Shown here one piece after another: positions 28,429 to 38,417 of a stretch of 43,091 bases of DNA. The position numbers were made by a program, and so were the translations under genes. Source of the stretch: an uncultured Selenomonas sp. (lineage in GTDB: Bacteria > Bacillota > Negativicutes > Selenomonadales > Selenomonadaceae). The first letter of the stretch is position 1. Each line of letters opens with the position of its first letter. The notes under the pieces were generated by a model. It saw only the letters and a list, made by a program, of their open reading frames with translations, was not told the DNA's origin and ran no database searches. The stretch covers positions 1 to 43,091 of the forward strand of contig CAUQAR010000001.1 in assembly GCA_963515775.1 (NCBI GenBank), given 5' to 3'.

Positions 28429-30102
28429 TCAACGGGAGGTCGCGTTCAGCAGTTCTGCTTTGCATCTGCGGTAGGCGCGGGTCTCGTACGCGCCGATTTG
28501 GGATTCGGGATGATCCGCACCGTAAGCGTGTCCACTCACGGAGAGAATGGGCGGGGCCTGGATGCGCTTGGCGACCGCCATGCCGGTATAGAGCCCCCAC
28601 CAGTGTTCAAGGTCGTCGATAAATGCCGCCGCCGTGGGGAAATATGAAGCGACGAGGCCCGGCGCGCAGCTGATGTATTCCTCGAGTGTGTTCTTTGCAT
28701 ACGCCTGCAAGATATCCTCGGGGATGCGGTTCTCCTCCGCAAAGGCGCGGAAGAGATAGTCATGGTACGGATAGCGAATGGGGTCGCCCTTGCCTTCGTC
28801 CACATTCTGCGCGTCGGACAGCTCCGCGCTCGGCACGATGTCGATGATGCCCTGTGGGATGACCTCGCGCCCGTAGACTACCGCGTTCAAATAACGTGCG
28901 AGATCGTAGACCTGATATTTCCACAGGTCGGCGAGCGCCGCGAAAAATCCCGCCAGATCCCCGTAGAGGGTCGCGTAGCCGACGGTCGATTCCGCCTTGT
29001 TGCCGTTGCAGGTAAATCCCGCGCCCCAGGCCGCGGCAATCGTCGCGAGGACCCGGCCGCTGCGGTCGCGCGCCTGCATGTTCTCGCGGACGAAGGAGGA
29101 GAGCGTTAAATGTTCGCCCGGTGCCGCTGCCGCACCCTCGACGGGAATCTTCGTCAGCTGCGCAACCGTATGCGAAACGCTTTCCTCTATGGGGACGATC
29201 ATCGAGCGGCAGCCGAGGTTTTCCGCCAGCTGCGCCGCCAGCCCCTTCGTCGTTTCCGAGTTGAACCGGCTCGGCATGTTGACGAGCAGCACCTTGTCCG
29301 CGCCGATGGCGTCGACATAGAGCGCGGCGCTGACGGCGGAGTCGATGCCGCCCGAGATACCGACGACGACGCGCTCCATATGAATGCGCTCCAGAAATTT
29401 TCGCACGGCATAGCGGATCGTCCGATAGATCGGCGCGATCTGCGGCTCCTCCGCGGGCGCTTCCCACGATGTCAGCTGCGCCGTATCGATGACGGTCAGC
29501 CCTTCCTCATAGGGCGCAGAGGTTAGGACCGGAGTGCCGTCCGCACGGCAGATGCGGCAGAGTCCGTCAAAGGCATAGACTGTCTTTCCCTTGTCCTGTA
29601 AACCCAGTGCGTTGACATAGACGACGGCCTTCCGATGTTTGCGTGCGAGCGCGGCAAGCGCGGCGCCGCGTATCGGCGTGGGGAATGGCGCCGCGTCGAC
29701 GGCAATGAGCACATCCTCGCCCGGCAGCGCATAGGTGATCGGAGAGAACGGGGCGCTCGTATGCAGCGGGCGGCGCACAACCTCTTGAAGTACGCCGTCA
29801 CACGCCGAGAGGAGCGTGCGCCCGTCTGAGACGGGACGCTCCGCCTCCTCCGCGATACTGCCGAAGAGGACCGTGATGCCCTCCGCCGCGCGCGCGATCT
29901 CCTGCGCGCAGCCGGCGCAGTCGCGGAGAAAGGCGGGCTGCGCAAGTTCTCGGCCGAGAAATTTGCCGGAGAGCGCGAACGCGGGGAGGACGACCGTCTC
30001 TGCGCCCGCGGCTTTCGCCTCCTCTATTTTTTTGCAGACGGCCTTTTGATTCAGATCCGGACGGCCGGGGATGACCTCCATTGATACAAGTGCAATTTTC
30101 AT
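28429..30102 (-). CDS. nadE: NAD+ synthetase with degenerate N-terminal nitrilase-like domain
   Basis: GISGGIDSAV, NMPSRFNS, ENMQARDR, NGNKAESTVGYATLYGD, DLWKYQVY, PSAEL. Confidence 0.93.
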   Translation of the reverse strand: MKIALVSMEVIPGRPDLNQKAVCKKIEEAKAAGAETVVLPAFALSGKFLGRELAQPAFLRDCAGCAQEIARAAEGITVLFGSIAEEAERPVSDGRTLLSACDGVLQEVVRRPLHTSAPFSPITYALPGEDVLIAVDAAPFPTPIRGAALAALARKHRKAVVYVNALGLQDKGKTVYAFDGLCRICRADGTPVLTSAPYEEGLTVIDTAQLTSWEAPAEEPQIAPIYRTIRYAVRKFLERIHMERVVVGISGGIDSAVSAALYVDAIGADKVLLVNMPSRFNSETTKGLAAQLAENLGCRSMIVPIEESVSHTVAQLTKIPVEGAAAAPGEHLTLSSFVRENMQARDRSGRVLATIAAAWGAGFTCNGNKAESTVGYATLYGDLAGFFAALADLWKYQVYDLARYLNAVVYGREVIPQGIIDIVPSAELSDAQNVDEGKGDPIRYPYHDYLFRAFAEENRIPEDILQAYAKNTLEEYISCAPGLVASYFPTAAAFIDDLEHWWGLYTGMAVAKRIQAPPILSVSGHAYGADHPESQIGAYETRAYRRCKAELLNATSR

Positions 30103-30246
30103 TGACGGCGCTCCTTTTTGATGATCATGCGAGGTGCTTTCGCAAAGAAATGTTCGCGAGAACGGGGGCCCCCGTGCGGTGACAGTGACGACGAAGGCGA
30201 TGGAGTACCTCTATCTTACTCGATGTACCCGTTGGATGCAATAAGC

Positions 30247-30481
30247 AGAGCGAGATATATTCACATACTTTGCGATGTTCGCCTTTGACATACCGGTAGA
30301 TAGGAGGGCAAAAATTTGTCCGCGCCGATACGGGTCGAGGTGTTTATATGAGCGTGCAGCTGTGGTAGAATGGGTATGGGACATGGTAGCACCTTCTGTT
30401 CTGTTTTTGTGGTGAAACCATTGTAGCATAAAGATCGCTGCCTGTCCCTTTTTGCTGTCCCACTTCATTTTACCATGAACC
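30247..30481 (-). mobile_element. Truncated IS30-family element (left end plus N-terminal HTH only)
   Basis: Minus strand begins GGTTCATGGTAAAATGAAGTGGGACAG (IS30-like end). ATG 30384 gives MSHTHSTTAARSYKHLDPYRRGQIFALLSTGMSKANIAKYVNISRS, the IS30 transposase HTH, then similarity stops; no DDE domain. Confidence 0.8.
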
Positions 30482-30512
30482 AATATATTAGGATAATGCC
30501 ACGTGTATTTCC

Positions 30513-30541
30513 TTTCAAAAGCATATCCGATATGCTATAAT
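30513..30541 (+). promoter_or_regulatory. Candidate promoter of ybaK-thrC with a spacer palindrome
   Basis: TTTCAA-N17-TATAAT with TG extension; AGCATATC-C-GATATGCT at 30520-30536. Confidence 0.55.
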
Positions 30542-30558
30542 TTAACGTGGTGAATACA

Positions 30559-31044
30559 ATGGCAAAAAAGAAAATACAAAAGACGAACGCCGCGCGTATC
30601 CTCGACCGGCACGGCATCGCCTATGAGCTTCTGACTTATCCCGTGGACGAGAGCGATCTCTCCGCCGTGCATGTGGCCGAGGCGACGGGCATCCCGCTCG
30701 ATGAGATCTATAAGACGCTCGTAGTGCGCGGGGATCGGACGGGCATCTTCATGGCGGTCATTCCCGGCGGCGGCGCACTCGACCTCAAGGCTGCGGCCGC
30801 CGCGTCGGGGAATAAGCGTGCGGAGATGGTCCATCTAAAAGAGGTGTTCGATCTCACCGGCTATGTGCGCGGCGGATGTTCGCCCCTTGGCGCGAAGAAG
30901 GCCTATCCTGTCTATCTCGATGAGAGCGCGTTCGCACACGCGCGCATCTGCATCAGTGCTGGACGGCGGGGCGAGCAGATCGCGCTTGCGCCCGACGACC
31001 TCGTCCGTGCGGCGGAAGCGACGACGGCGCTCATCGCGCGCTGA
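30559..31044 (+). CDS. ybaK: Cys-tRNA(Pro) deacylase YbaK/EbsC
   Basis: KTNAARILD, IYKTLV, LDLK, TGYVRGGCSPLG, SAGRRG. Confidence 0.93.
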   Translation: MAKKKIQKTNAARILDRHGIAYELLTYPVDESDLSAVHVAEATGIPLDEIYKTLVVRGDRTGIFMAVIPGGGALDLKAAAAASGNKRAEMVHLKEVFDLTGYVRGGCSPLGAKKAYPVYLDESAFAHARICISAGRRGEQIALAPDDLVRAAEATTALIAR

Positions 31045-31118
31045 CCATATACGGCAGGAATGACTGAGCCTATTATAACACAGATGAATTTACCTGCCCA
31101 AGCGAAAGGATGTATACA

Positions 31119-32603
31119 ATGGAATATTTCAGTACGCGCGGCGCAGAAGGGCGCGTCTCCTCTGCCGAAGCGATCCTGCGGGGACTTGCCTCGGACGGCG
31201 GGCTCTTTGTGCCCGATTCGTTTCCGCAGGTGTGCCGCGCGGATATCGAGGCGCTGGTACCGCTTTCCTATGACGCGCGTGCGGCGCGTATTCTAGGGCT
31301 CTTTCTTACGGACTATACGGAGGAGGAACTGGCAAGTTGCGTCGACCGTGCCTACGGGCGGACGTTTGACGATGTGCGGCGCGCACCGCTGCGTGCGGTG
31401 GGAGACCTCTCGGTGCTCGAACTCTGGCACGGGCCGACAAGCGCGTTCAAGGACATGGCGCTGCAGCTCCTCCCGCAGCTCATGCGCACGGCGCGGGAGA
31501 AGCTGGGGGCGCGGGATACGATTCTGATCCTCGTCGCGACTTCGGGCGATACCGGCAAGGCGGCGCTCGCGGGATTCGCGGACACGCCCGGCATTCGGAT
31601 GATGGTGTTCTACCCGGACGGCGGCGTCAGTCCCGTGCAGCGCCTTCAGATGGTGACGCAGGAAGGCGCGAACGTGCGGGTCGTGGCCGTGCGCGGCAAC
31701 TTTGACGATGCGCAGCGCGGCGTGAAGGAAATCTTCGGGGACTCCGCGGCGGCAAAGGAGCTGGCGGCGGCGCATACGCGCCTTTCCTCGGCGAACTCGA
31801 TCAACTGGGGCCGGCTCGCACCGCAGATTGTCTACTATTTCAGTGCCTATGCCGATCTCCTCGCAGCGGGGCAAATCAGCGCGGGCGATGCGGTGAACTA
31901 TACCGTGCCGACGGGGAATTTCGGCAATATCCTCGCGGGCTTTTACGCAAAACGCATGGGCCTGCCCGTCGGACGTCTCGTCTGCGCCTCGAACGCAAAC
32001 AACGTGCTGACCGACTTCCTCCGGAGCGGTGTCTATGACCGTCGGAGGGCCTTCCATCAGACGATCTCGCCGTCGATGGACATTCTCGTCTCGAGCAACC
32101 TCGAGCGTCTGCTCTATTATCTGACGGAGGATACGAAGCAGGTCGCCGCGTGGATGCGCGATCTTGCAGAGACGGGCGTCTACGATGCGAGCGCCCTTCT
32201 GCCGCAGCTGCGTGAACATTTCTGGGCGACGTTTGCGGACGATACGGCGACCCGCGCGGAGATCCGCAGCGTATACGAGCGCACGACATACACGCTCGAC
32301 CCGCATACCGCCGTCGCCTATCGCGCGGCGGAGGGATACCGAAATGAGACGGGCGACACCCGCCCGATGGTCGTGCTCTCGACCGCAAGTCCGTATAAAT
32401 TCGGCGCAAGCGTGCTCTCAGCGCTTGGCGCGGCGGTCGACGCCGATCCCTTTGCGCAGATGGAACAGCTGCACGCGCTGAGCGGCATGGACGTCCCTGC
32501 GGGGCTTTCTTCACTGCGCGAAAAACCCGTGCGGCATACGGATATTTGTGCGCAAGACGGAATGCGTGCGGCCGTGCTGTCGTTCGCGCGCAGTTCATCC
32601 TAA
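31119..32603 (+). CDS. thrC: Threonine synthase
   Basis: YFSTRG, GLASDGGLFVP, ELWHGPTSAFKD, ATSGDTG, SANSINWGRL, VPTGNFGN, SPSMDILVSSNLER, STASPYKF. Confidence 0.96.
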   Translation: MEYFSTRGAEGRVSSAEAILRGLASDGGLFVPDSFPQVCRADIEALVPLSYDARAARILGLFLTDYTEEELASCVDRAYGRTFDDVRRAPLRAVGDLSVLELWHGPTSAFKDMALQLLPQLMRTAREKLGARDTILILVATSGDTGKAALAGFADTPGIRMMVFYPDGGVSPVQRLQMVTQEGANVRVVAVRGNFDDAQRGVKEIFGDSAAAKELAAAHTRLSSANSINWGRLAPQIVYYFSAYADLLAAGQISAGDAVNYTVPTGNFGNILAGFYAKRMGLPVGRLVCASNANNVLTDFLRSGVYDRRRAFHQTISPSMDILVSSNLERLLYYLTEDTKQVAAWMRDLAETGVYDASALLPQLREHFWATFADDTATRAEIRSVYERTTYTLDPHTAVAYRAAEGYRNETGDTRPMVVLSTASPYKFGASVLSALGAAVDADPFAQMEQLHALSGMDVPAGLSSLREKPVRHTDICAQDGMRAAVLSFARSSS

Positions 32604-32726
32604 GGAAAGGAGCGCCATCAATAAAAAAGTTTGCATATAAAAAGAAGGATTTCCACCGTATGTGAAGAATTTTCTAAATATGCGGTTATATGACGTTCCA
32701 ATGTTTTGGAGAAAGAGGTAAGTGTC

Positions 32727-34346
32727 ATGGCAACGATTGATCTCACACAATACGGCATTACAGGCACGACGGAAGTTGTTCACAATGCAAGCTACGACCA
32801 GCTGTTCCGCGAGGAACTGCGTCCCGATCTCGAGGGCTATGAGCGCGGGCAGGTGACGGAGATGGGGGATGCCGTCAACGTCATGACCGGAATCTATACG
32901 GGGCGCTCTCCAAAAGATAAGTATATTGTGGACGACGAGACCTCGCACGATACGGTCTGGTGGACGTCCCACGAGTACAAGAACGACAATCACCGTGCGA
33001 CGCAGAAAGCATGGAACGCCGTGCGCGACATCGCGATTCGTCAGCTGTGCAACAAGCGTCTCTTCGTTGTCGATGCGTTCTGCGGCGCGAACAAGAACAC
33101 GCGCATGGCGGTGCGTTTCATCGTGGAAGTGCCGTGGCAGGCACATTTTGTCACGAATATGTTCATCCGTCCGACGGAGGAAGAACTGAAGGCCTTTGAG
33201 CCGGACTTCGTCGTCTACAACGCGGCAAAGGCGCGCGTCATGCAGTTCGGCGATCTCGGACTGAACTCCGAGACGGCCGTCATGTTTAACCTGACGAGCC
33301 GCGAGCAGATCATCGTCAACACATGGTACGGCGGCGAGATGAAAAAGGGTATGTTCTCGATGATGAACTACTACCTCCCCTTGAAGGGCATCGCCTCCAT
33401 GCACTGCTCAGCGAATACGGATAAGAAGGGGGAGAACACGACTCTCTTCTTCGGCCTGTCGGGGACGGGCAAGACGACCCTATCGACCGATCCTGCGCGC
33501 CTGCTCATCGGCGACGACGAACACGGCTGGGACGACGAGGGCATATTCAACTACGAAGGCGGCTGCTACGCGAAGGTCATCAACCTCGATCCGAAGGCGG
33601 AGCCGGATATCTACGGCGCGATCAAGCGCAATGCGCTGCTCGAGAACGTCACCGTGAGCCTTTCTGGGCATGTGGACTTTGCGGATAAATCCGTCACGGA
33701 GAACACACGCGTCTCGTATCCCATCTACCACATCGAAAATATTGTCAACGGTCATGTCCGCGACAAATCGGCGGGCCCCCATGCCAAGAACGTGATCTTC
33801 CTCTCGGCCGATGCGTTCGGCGTCCTGCCGCCGGTCTCGATTCTGACCCCGGAGCAGACGAAGTATTACTTCCTTTCGGGCTTTACGTCGAAACTTGCGG
33901 GCACGGAGCGCGGCATCACGGAACCGACGCCGACCTTCTCAGCGTGTTTCGGACAGGCGTTCCTCGAACTCCATCCGACGAAATACGCAAAGGAACTCGT
34001 GCGTAAGATGGAGGAGCACGGTTCGCATGCCTACCTCGTCAACACGGGATGGAACGGCACGGGCAAGCGCATCTCCATCCAGGATACGCGCGGCATCATT
34101 CACGCGATTCAAAGCGGCGCGATTGACGGCGCACCGACGAAGAAGATCCCATATTTCGATCTGGAAGTGCCGACGGAACTGCCGGGGGTCGATCCGAAGA
34201 TTCTCGACCCGCGCGACACCTATGCCAGCCGCGTCGAATGGGAGGAAAAGGCCAAGGATCTTGCCGAACGCTTCATCAAAAACTTCAAGAAGTATGAGGG
34301 CAACGAAGAGGGCAAAAGCCTCGTCTCGGCAGGACCGCAGCTCTAA
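32727..34346 (+). CDS. pckA: Phosphoenolpyruvate carboxykinase (ATP)
   Basis: [59 protein letters not shown]. Confidence 0.97.
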   Translation: MATIDLTQYGITGTTEVVHNASYDQLFREELRPDLEGYERGQVTEMGDAVNVMTGIYTGRSPKDKYIVDDETSHDTVWWTSHEYKNDNHRATQKAWNAVRDIAIRQLCNKRLFVVDAFCGANKNTRMAVRFIVEVPWQAHFVTNMFIRPTEEELKAFEPDFVVYNAAKARVMQFGDLGLNSETAVMFNLTSREQIIVNTWYGGEMKKGMFSMMNYYLPLKGIASMHCSANTDKKGENTTLFFGLSGTGKTTLSTDPARLLIGDDEHGWDDEGIFNYEGGCYAKVINLDPKAEPDIYGAIKRNALLENVTVSLSGHVDFADKSVTENTRVSYPIYHIENIVNGHVRDKSAGPHAKNVIFLSADAFGVLPPVSILTPEQTKYYFLSGFTSKLAGTERGITEPTPTFSACFGQAFLELHPTKYAKELVRKMEEHGSHAYLVNTGWNGTGKRISIQDTRGIIHAIQSGAIDGAPTKKIPYFDLEVPTELPGVDPKILDPRDTYASRVEWEEKAKDLAERFIKNFKKYEGNEEGKSLVSAGPQL

Positions 34347-34365
34347 GGCATATATCGCGAACCGT

Positions 34366-34400
34366 AAGGCTGCCGCACATCTGTGCGGCAGCCTTTTTTT
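34366..34400 (+). terminator. pckA terminator
   Basis: AAGGCTGCCGCACA-TC-TGTGCGGCAGCCTT followed by TTTTT. Confidence 0.85.
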
Positions 34401-34438
34401 CAGAGAGAGTGCATCATTTGGATCGACGGGGGATGGCA

Positions 34439-36505
34439 ATGCAGCTGACGGACAGCATCGATAAAGTACGCGGCGTGGGCGTGAAGAAGGCTGCCGCACT
34501 GCGGCGTCTCGGCGTCGCGACAGTCTACGATCTCCTAACCTATTACCCGCGCGCCTATGAGGATCAGAGTCGGATCACGCGGATTGCCGACCTGCGCCCC
34601 GGCATGCGCGCGACTGTGCTCGGCGCTATTCATACGGTGACGGAACGGCGCACACGGCGGCGCGGCTGTACCGTGCTGACGGCGCTCATCGGCGACAGCT
34701 CTGGCTATGCGCAGGCCGTTTGGTTCAATCAACGCTTCCTCAAACAGAAACTGCGCGAGGGGCGGCGGATACTCCTCTCGGGCAGGGTGGACTATGCTTA
34801 TGGCGGCGGCAGCCAGCTTGCCCTCACGCAGATCACCACCCTCGAACTGCTCGGCGACGAGGAATCGGCTGCGCCACTGCTCGGCATTCTGCCGATCTAT
34901 GCGGCGACCGAAGGGCTCACGCAGAAACAACTGCGGCAGATGACGTCGTACGCGCTCAAAGAGGCTGCTGCGGAACTCACGGAGACACTGCCCGCAGCGA
35001 TCCTACGGGACTACAAGCTCATCGGGCGTGCGGATGCCTTTGGGCGCATTCACTTTCCCAAATGCGCAGCGGAGCTGAATGCGGCGCGGCGGCGCCTTGC
35101 CTTTGAAGAGCTCTACCTTATTCAATGCGGCCTTGTGGCGCTCAAGAAGCGCAGCGCAGAAACGCAGGAGGGCATCGCGCACCGCGCAAACGGCAGACTT
35201 GTCGCCGCCGTTTTGGAGGCGCTGCCGTTTGCGCTGACTGCGGATCAACAGACGGTCTGGGCGGAGATCGCGCGCGATATGGAGGCACCGCTGCCGATGC
35301 GCCGTCTCGTGCAGGGCGATGTCGGCTCCGGCAAGACGGCGATTGCACTGCTCGCCCTCGTGAAGACCGTGGATAGCGGATATCAAGGGGCGCTCATGGC
35401 GCCGACGGAAATTCTCGCACGTCAACATTACGAATATCTCTCGGAACTCTTAACGCCGCGCGGGCTCCGTGTCGGATTTCTCACGGGACGCTGCACGAAG
35501 AAGCAGCGAGCGGAAATGGATACCGCGCTTGCCGCGCATGAAGTCGATATCGTCGTCGGTACCCACGCGCTGATCGAGGACCATGTTGCATTTGCGGCGC
35601 TCGGCCTCGTCGTAACGGATGAACAGCACCGGTTCGGCGTCGCGCAGCGCGCCGCGCTTGAGAGGAAGAGCGGCGTGACCCCGGACGTGCTCGTGATGAC
35701 GGCGACGCCGATCCCGCGCACGATGACACTCACGGTCTACGGCGATCTTGACGTCTCGCGCATTGAGCATCTGCCGCCCGGCCGCCGTCCGGTCCGCACA
35801 TTTCTGCGCACCGAGGAGGCGCGGGAGAAAATCTATGCGTTCGTACGCAAAGAGCTCGAGAGCGGACGGCAGGCATATGTCGTCTGTCCGCTGATCGAAG
35901 GAAACGAGGAGAGCGACCTGCCCTCGGCGGAAGAAGTCTACGAAGAACTCTCCCGCGGCATCTTTCGCGGGATCCGATGCGGACTGCTGCACGGACGCAT
36001 GAAATCCGCCGAGAAGGAATCTGTCATGCGCGATTTTTACGAGGACAAGATCAAACTCCTCGTATCGACGACAGTGATCGAGGTCGGCGTCAATGTGCCG
36101 AACGTGAGCATCCTTGTCGTCGAACACGCCGAGCGCTTCGGGCTCGCGCAGCTGCATCAGCTGCGCGGCCGTGTCGGGCGCGGTGGCTATGCCTCTTACT
36201 GCATTCTCATTGCGGGACGTACGGCGGCGGGGACAGAACGGCTGAAAATCGTCGCGCAGACAAGCGACGGCTTTCGCCTTGCGGAGGAAGACCTGCGCCT
36301 GCGCGGTCCCGGGCAGTTCTTCGGGGCGATGCAGCACGGGCTGGGCGACCTCAAGATCGCGGACGTGCTTGCGGATATGGACCTCCTCCTGCTCGCACGC
36401 CGTGCCGCCGTTCGCACGGTGGACGATCCGGAGACGTGCGCCTTCGTCATGCCGACACTCATGCGCCGGTATCGCGAGAAGTTCGCGCATATTTGGGAGG
36501 TATGA
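34439..36505 (+). CDS. recG: ATP-dependent DNA helicase RecG
   Basis: DLLTYYPRAYED, RRLAFEEL, QGDVGSGKT, DEQHRFGV, MTATPIPRT, GLAQLHQLRGRVGRG, DGFRLAEEDLRLRGPG. Confidence 0.97.
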   Translation: MQLTDSIDKVRGVGVKKAAALRRLGVATVYDLLTYYPRAYEDQSRITRIADLRPGMRATVLGAIHTVTERRTRRRGCTVLTALIGDSSGYAQAVWFNQRFLKQKLREGRRILLSGRVDYAYGGGSQLALTQITTLELLGDEESAAPLLGILPIYAATEGLTQKQLRQMTSYALKEAAAELTETLPAAILRDYKLIGRADAFGRIHFPKCAAELNAARRRLAFEELYLIQCGLVALKKRSAETQEGIAHRANGRLVAAVLEALPFALTADQQTVWAEIARDMEAPLPMRRLVQGDVGSGKTAIALLALVKTVDSGYQGALMAPTEILARQHYEYLSELLTPRGLRVGFLTGRCTKKQRAEMDTALAAHEVDIVVGTHALIEDHVAFAALGLVVTDEQHRFGVAQRAALERKSGVTPDVLVMTATPIPRTMTLTVYGDLDVSRIEHLPPGRRPVRTFLRTEEAREKIYAFVRKELESGRQAYVVCPLIEGNEESDLPSAEEVYEELSRGIFRGIRCGLLHGRMKSAEKESVMRDFYEDKIKLLVSTTVIEVGVNVPNVSILVVEHAERFGLAQLHQLRGRVGRGGYASYCILIAGRTAAGTERLKIVAQTSDGFRLAEEDLRLRGPGQFFGAMQHGLGDLKIADVLADMDLLLLARRAAVRTVDDPETCAFVMPTLMRRYREKFAHIWEV

Positions 36506-36573
36506 GTGTTGTATTATCCCGCTGAAATGGTGTAAAATAGAAAAAGAGAATTGAGGACAGGGAGGAATATACC

Positions 36574-36927
36574 ATGAGTCAAGACGCAATCGACGCATCC
36601 GGCTGGGCACAGGATGAAGCGTCCATTCGGGAAGCCTTGCAGCAGCGAAAAACAGCATTGTTTGAGGTGTTCGAGCAGGGCTATGTGGCGGATATGAAGA
36701 ACGCGTGGCAGCGGGGATACGACGCAGGCGCTGCCGCAGGGCAGGCCAAAGGGAAAGAGGACGGCATCGCCGAGGGGAAGCTCCAGGGACGCAAGCAGGG
36801 CGTGATCTATGTCGCCCTCAATCTCCTGCGCGACGGCACAGATCCGGAAAAAGTCGCAAAGATGGCGGAGCTCCCCGAGCTAATCATTCGTAAGATTGCC
36901 GCGGACAACGACATTGCGCTGTCATAA
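36574..36927 (+). CDS. Hypothetical protein resembling the C-terminal module of Rpn/PD-(D/E)XK nuclease-family proteins
   Basis: GGGAGG SD; GxxxG run (GYDAGAAAGQAKGKEDGIAEGKLQGRKQG) followed by an HTH-like VALNLLRDGTDPEKVAKMAELP; no nuclease domain. Confidence 0.7.
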   Translation: MSQDAIDASGWAQDEASIREALQQRKTALFEVFEQGYVADMKNAWQRGYDAGAAAGQAKGKEDGIAEGKLQGRKQGVIYVALNLLRDGTDPEKVAKMAELPELIIRKIAADNDIALS

Positions 36928-36977
36928 CGGAGACCGTATCATTCGATGCGGAACACACGGCACGGGGGGTGAAGCGG

Positions 36978-38324
36978 ATGGACGAACAGCGTGGACTTTT
37001 TGAGCGAGAGGCCTATCGGCCGCTGGCAGAACGCGTTCGTCCGCGCACCCTGGACGACTTTGTCGGGCAGGAACATCTCCTGGGCAAAGGGAAAATACTG
37101 CGGCGCCTCATCGAAAGCGACCGGATCGCATCGATGATCTTCTGGGGGCCGCCGGGGGTCGGGAAGACGACGCTCGCGCAAATCATCGCCGCACACACGA
37201 AGGCAAAGTTTATCACATTCTCCGCCGTGACAAGCGGCATCAAAGACATTCGGACGGTCATGCAGGAGGCGGAGCGTCGACGCGCCTACGGAGAGCGCAT
37301 CATCGTCTTTGTCGATGAGATTCATCGGTTCAATAAGGCGCAGCAGGATGCGTTTCTGCCCTTCGTGGAAAAGGGCAGCATCGTGCTCATCGGCGCGACG
37401 ACAGAGAATCCCTCCTTTGAGATCAACGGCGCATTGCTCTCGCGATGCCGCGTCTTCGTTTTGCAGGGACTGACCCTCGACAATATCAAAGAGCTCCTGC
37501 GGCGGGCCATGACGCTGCCCCGCGGGCTAGGCGATCTGAAGATCCGGCTTTCGGAGGACGGTCTGACGGCCGTCGCGGCTTTTGCGAACGGCGACGCGCG
37601 CAGCGCCCTCTCCACGCTCGAAATGCTGATCCTCAATGCAGACGAGAAGGACGGGCAGATATCCGTCACGGAAGAGAATTTAGCACAATGTATTTCGAGA
37701 AAATCACTTCTGTACGATAAAACAGGGGAAGAGCATTATAATCTAATCTCCGCACTGCATAAATCGATGCGCAACTCCGATCCCGACGCGGCCGTCTACT
37801 GGCTTGCCCGCATGCTCGAAGCGGGGGAGGACCCGCTCTATATCGCGCGGCGTGTGACGCGTTTTGCGGCCGAGGACGTCGGTCTTGCCGATCCGCGGGC
37901 TCTTGAGCTCGCGGTGGCAGCCTATCAGGCCTGTCACTACATCGGCGTGCCGGAGTGCAATGTGCATCTGACGGAGGCCGTGATCTATCTCGCGCTGGCG
38001 CCGAAATCCAACGCGATGGAAGCCGCCTATCTGGCTGCGGCCGCAGATGCGCGGACCATGCGCGCAGAACCCGTGCCGCTCGTCATCCGCAATGCGCCGA
38101 CGAAGCTCATGAAGGAACTGGACTACGGCAAAGGGTATCAGTACGCACATGACGCGGCGGATCACATCACCAATATGCAGTGCCTGCCGGATGCCCTCGT
38201 CGACCGGGTATACTACCGCCCGACGGATCAGGGGATCGAGAGGCGGTTTCGCGAGCGGCTGGATTGGATCAAGAAGTGGAAAGCGGAACATGCGCCGCAG
38301 AGGAAGAATGAACCGAAGCAGTAA
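36978..38324 (+). CDS. rarA: Replication-associated recombination protein A (RarA/MgsA)
   Basis: PLAERVRP, WGPPGVGKTT, FVDEIHRFNKAQQD, GATTENPSF, ISALHKSMRNSD, GKGYQYAHD. Confidence 0.95.
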   Translation: MDEQRGLFEREAYRPLAERVRPRTLDDFVGQEHLLGKGKILRRLIESDRIASMIFWGPPGVGKTTLAQIIAAHTKAKFITFSAVTSGIKDIRTVMQEAERRRAYGERIIVFVDEIHRFNKAQQDAFLPFVEKGSIVLIGATTENPSFEINGALLSRCRVFVLQGLTLDNIKELLRRAMTLPRGLGDLKIRLSEDGLTAVAAFANGDARSALSTLEMLILNADEKDGQISVTEENLAQCISRKSLLYDKTGEEHYNLISALHKSMRNSDPDAAVYWLARMLEAGEDPLYIARRVTRFAAEDVGLADPRALELAVAAYQACHYIGVPECNVHLTEAVIYLALAPKSNAMEAAYLAAAADARTMRAEPVPLVIRNAPTKLMKELDYGKGYQYAHDAADHITNMQCLPDALVDRVYYRPTDQGIERRFRERLDWIKKWKAEHAPQRKNEPKQ

Positions 38325-38343
38325 ATGGGACCGGAGGAATACC

Positions 38344-38376
38344 ATGATAGACGGCAAAGACTTTTTAAGCGGTTGA
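38344..38376 (+). CDS. Putative leader peptide [10 protein letters not shown] upstream of speD
   Basis: GGAGG SD (38333-38337) 6 nt before ATG; its TGA overlaps an ATG in frame with speD. Confidence 0.35.
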   Translation: MIDGKDFLSG

Positions 38377-38417
38377 TGGACGAATCTTTTGAAAGCAGAA
38401 AGGCGGGAATTCCGGCG

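Noticed and set aside
31045..31118. T-box or riboswitch before thrC
   Set aside because: Too short, no T-box motif or terminator; only a 6-bp GGCAGG/CCTGCC pairing.
32660..32682. Rex- or CodY-like box upstream of pckA
   Set aside because: Three to four mismatches in AT-rich DNA; not distinguishable from chance by eye.
5378..36658. Long ORFs antisense to or overlapping real genes (e.g. 5378-6664, 6540-7592, 11796-13295, 14280-15707, 16761-18155, 24285-25727, 26182-27264, 35450-36658)
   Set aside because: Shadow frames typical of GC-rich coding DNA; no family motifs, and each overlaps a well-supported gene.
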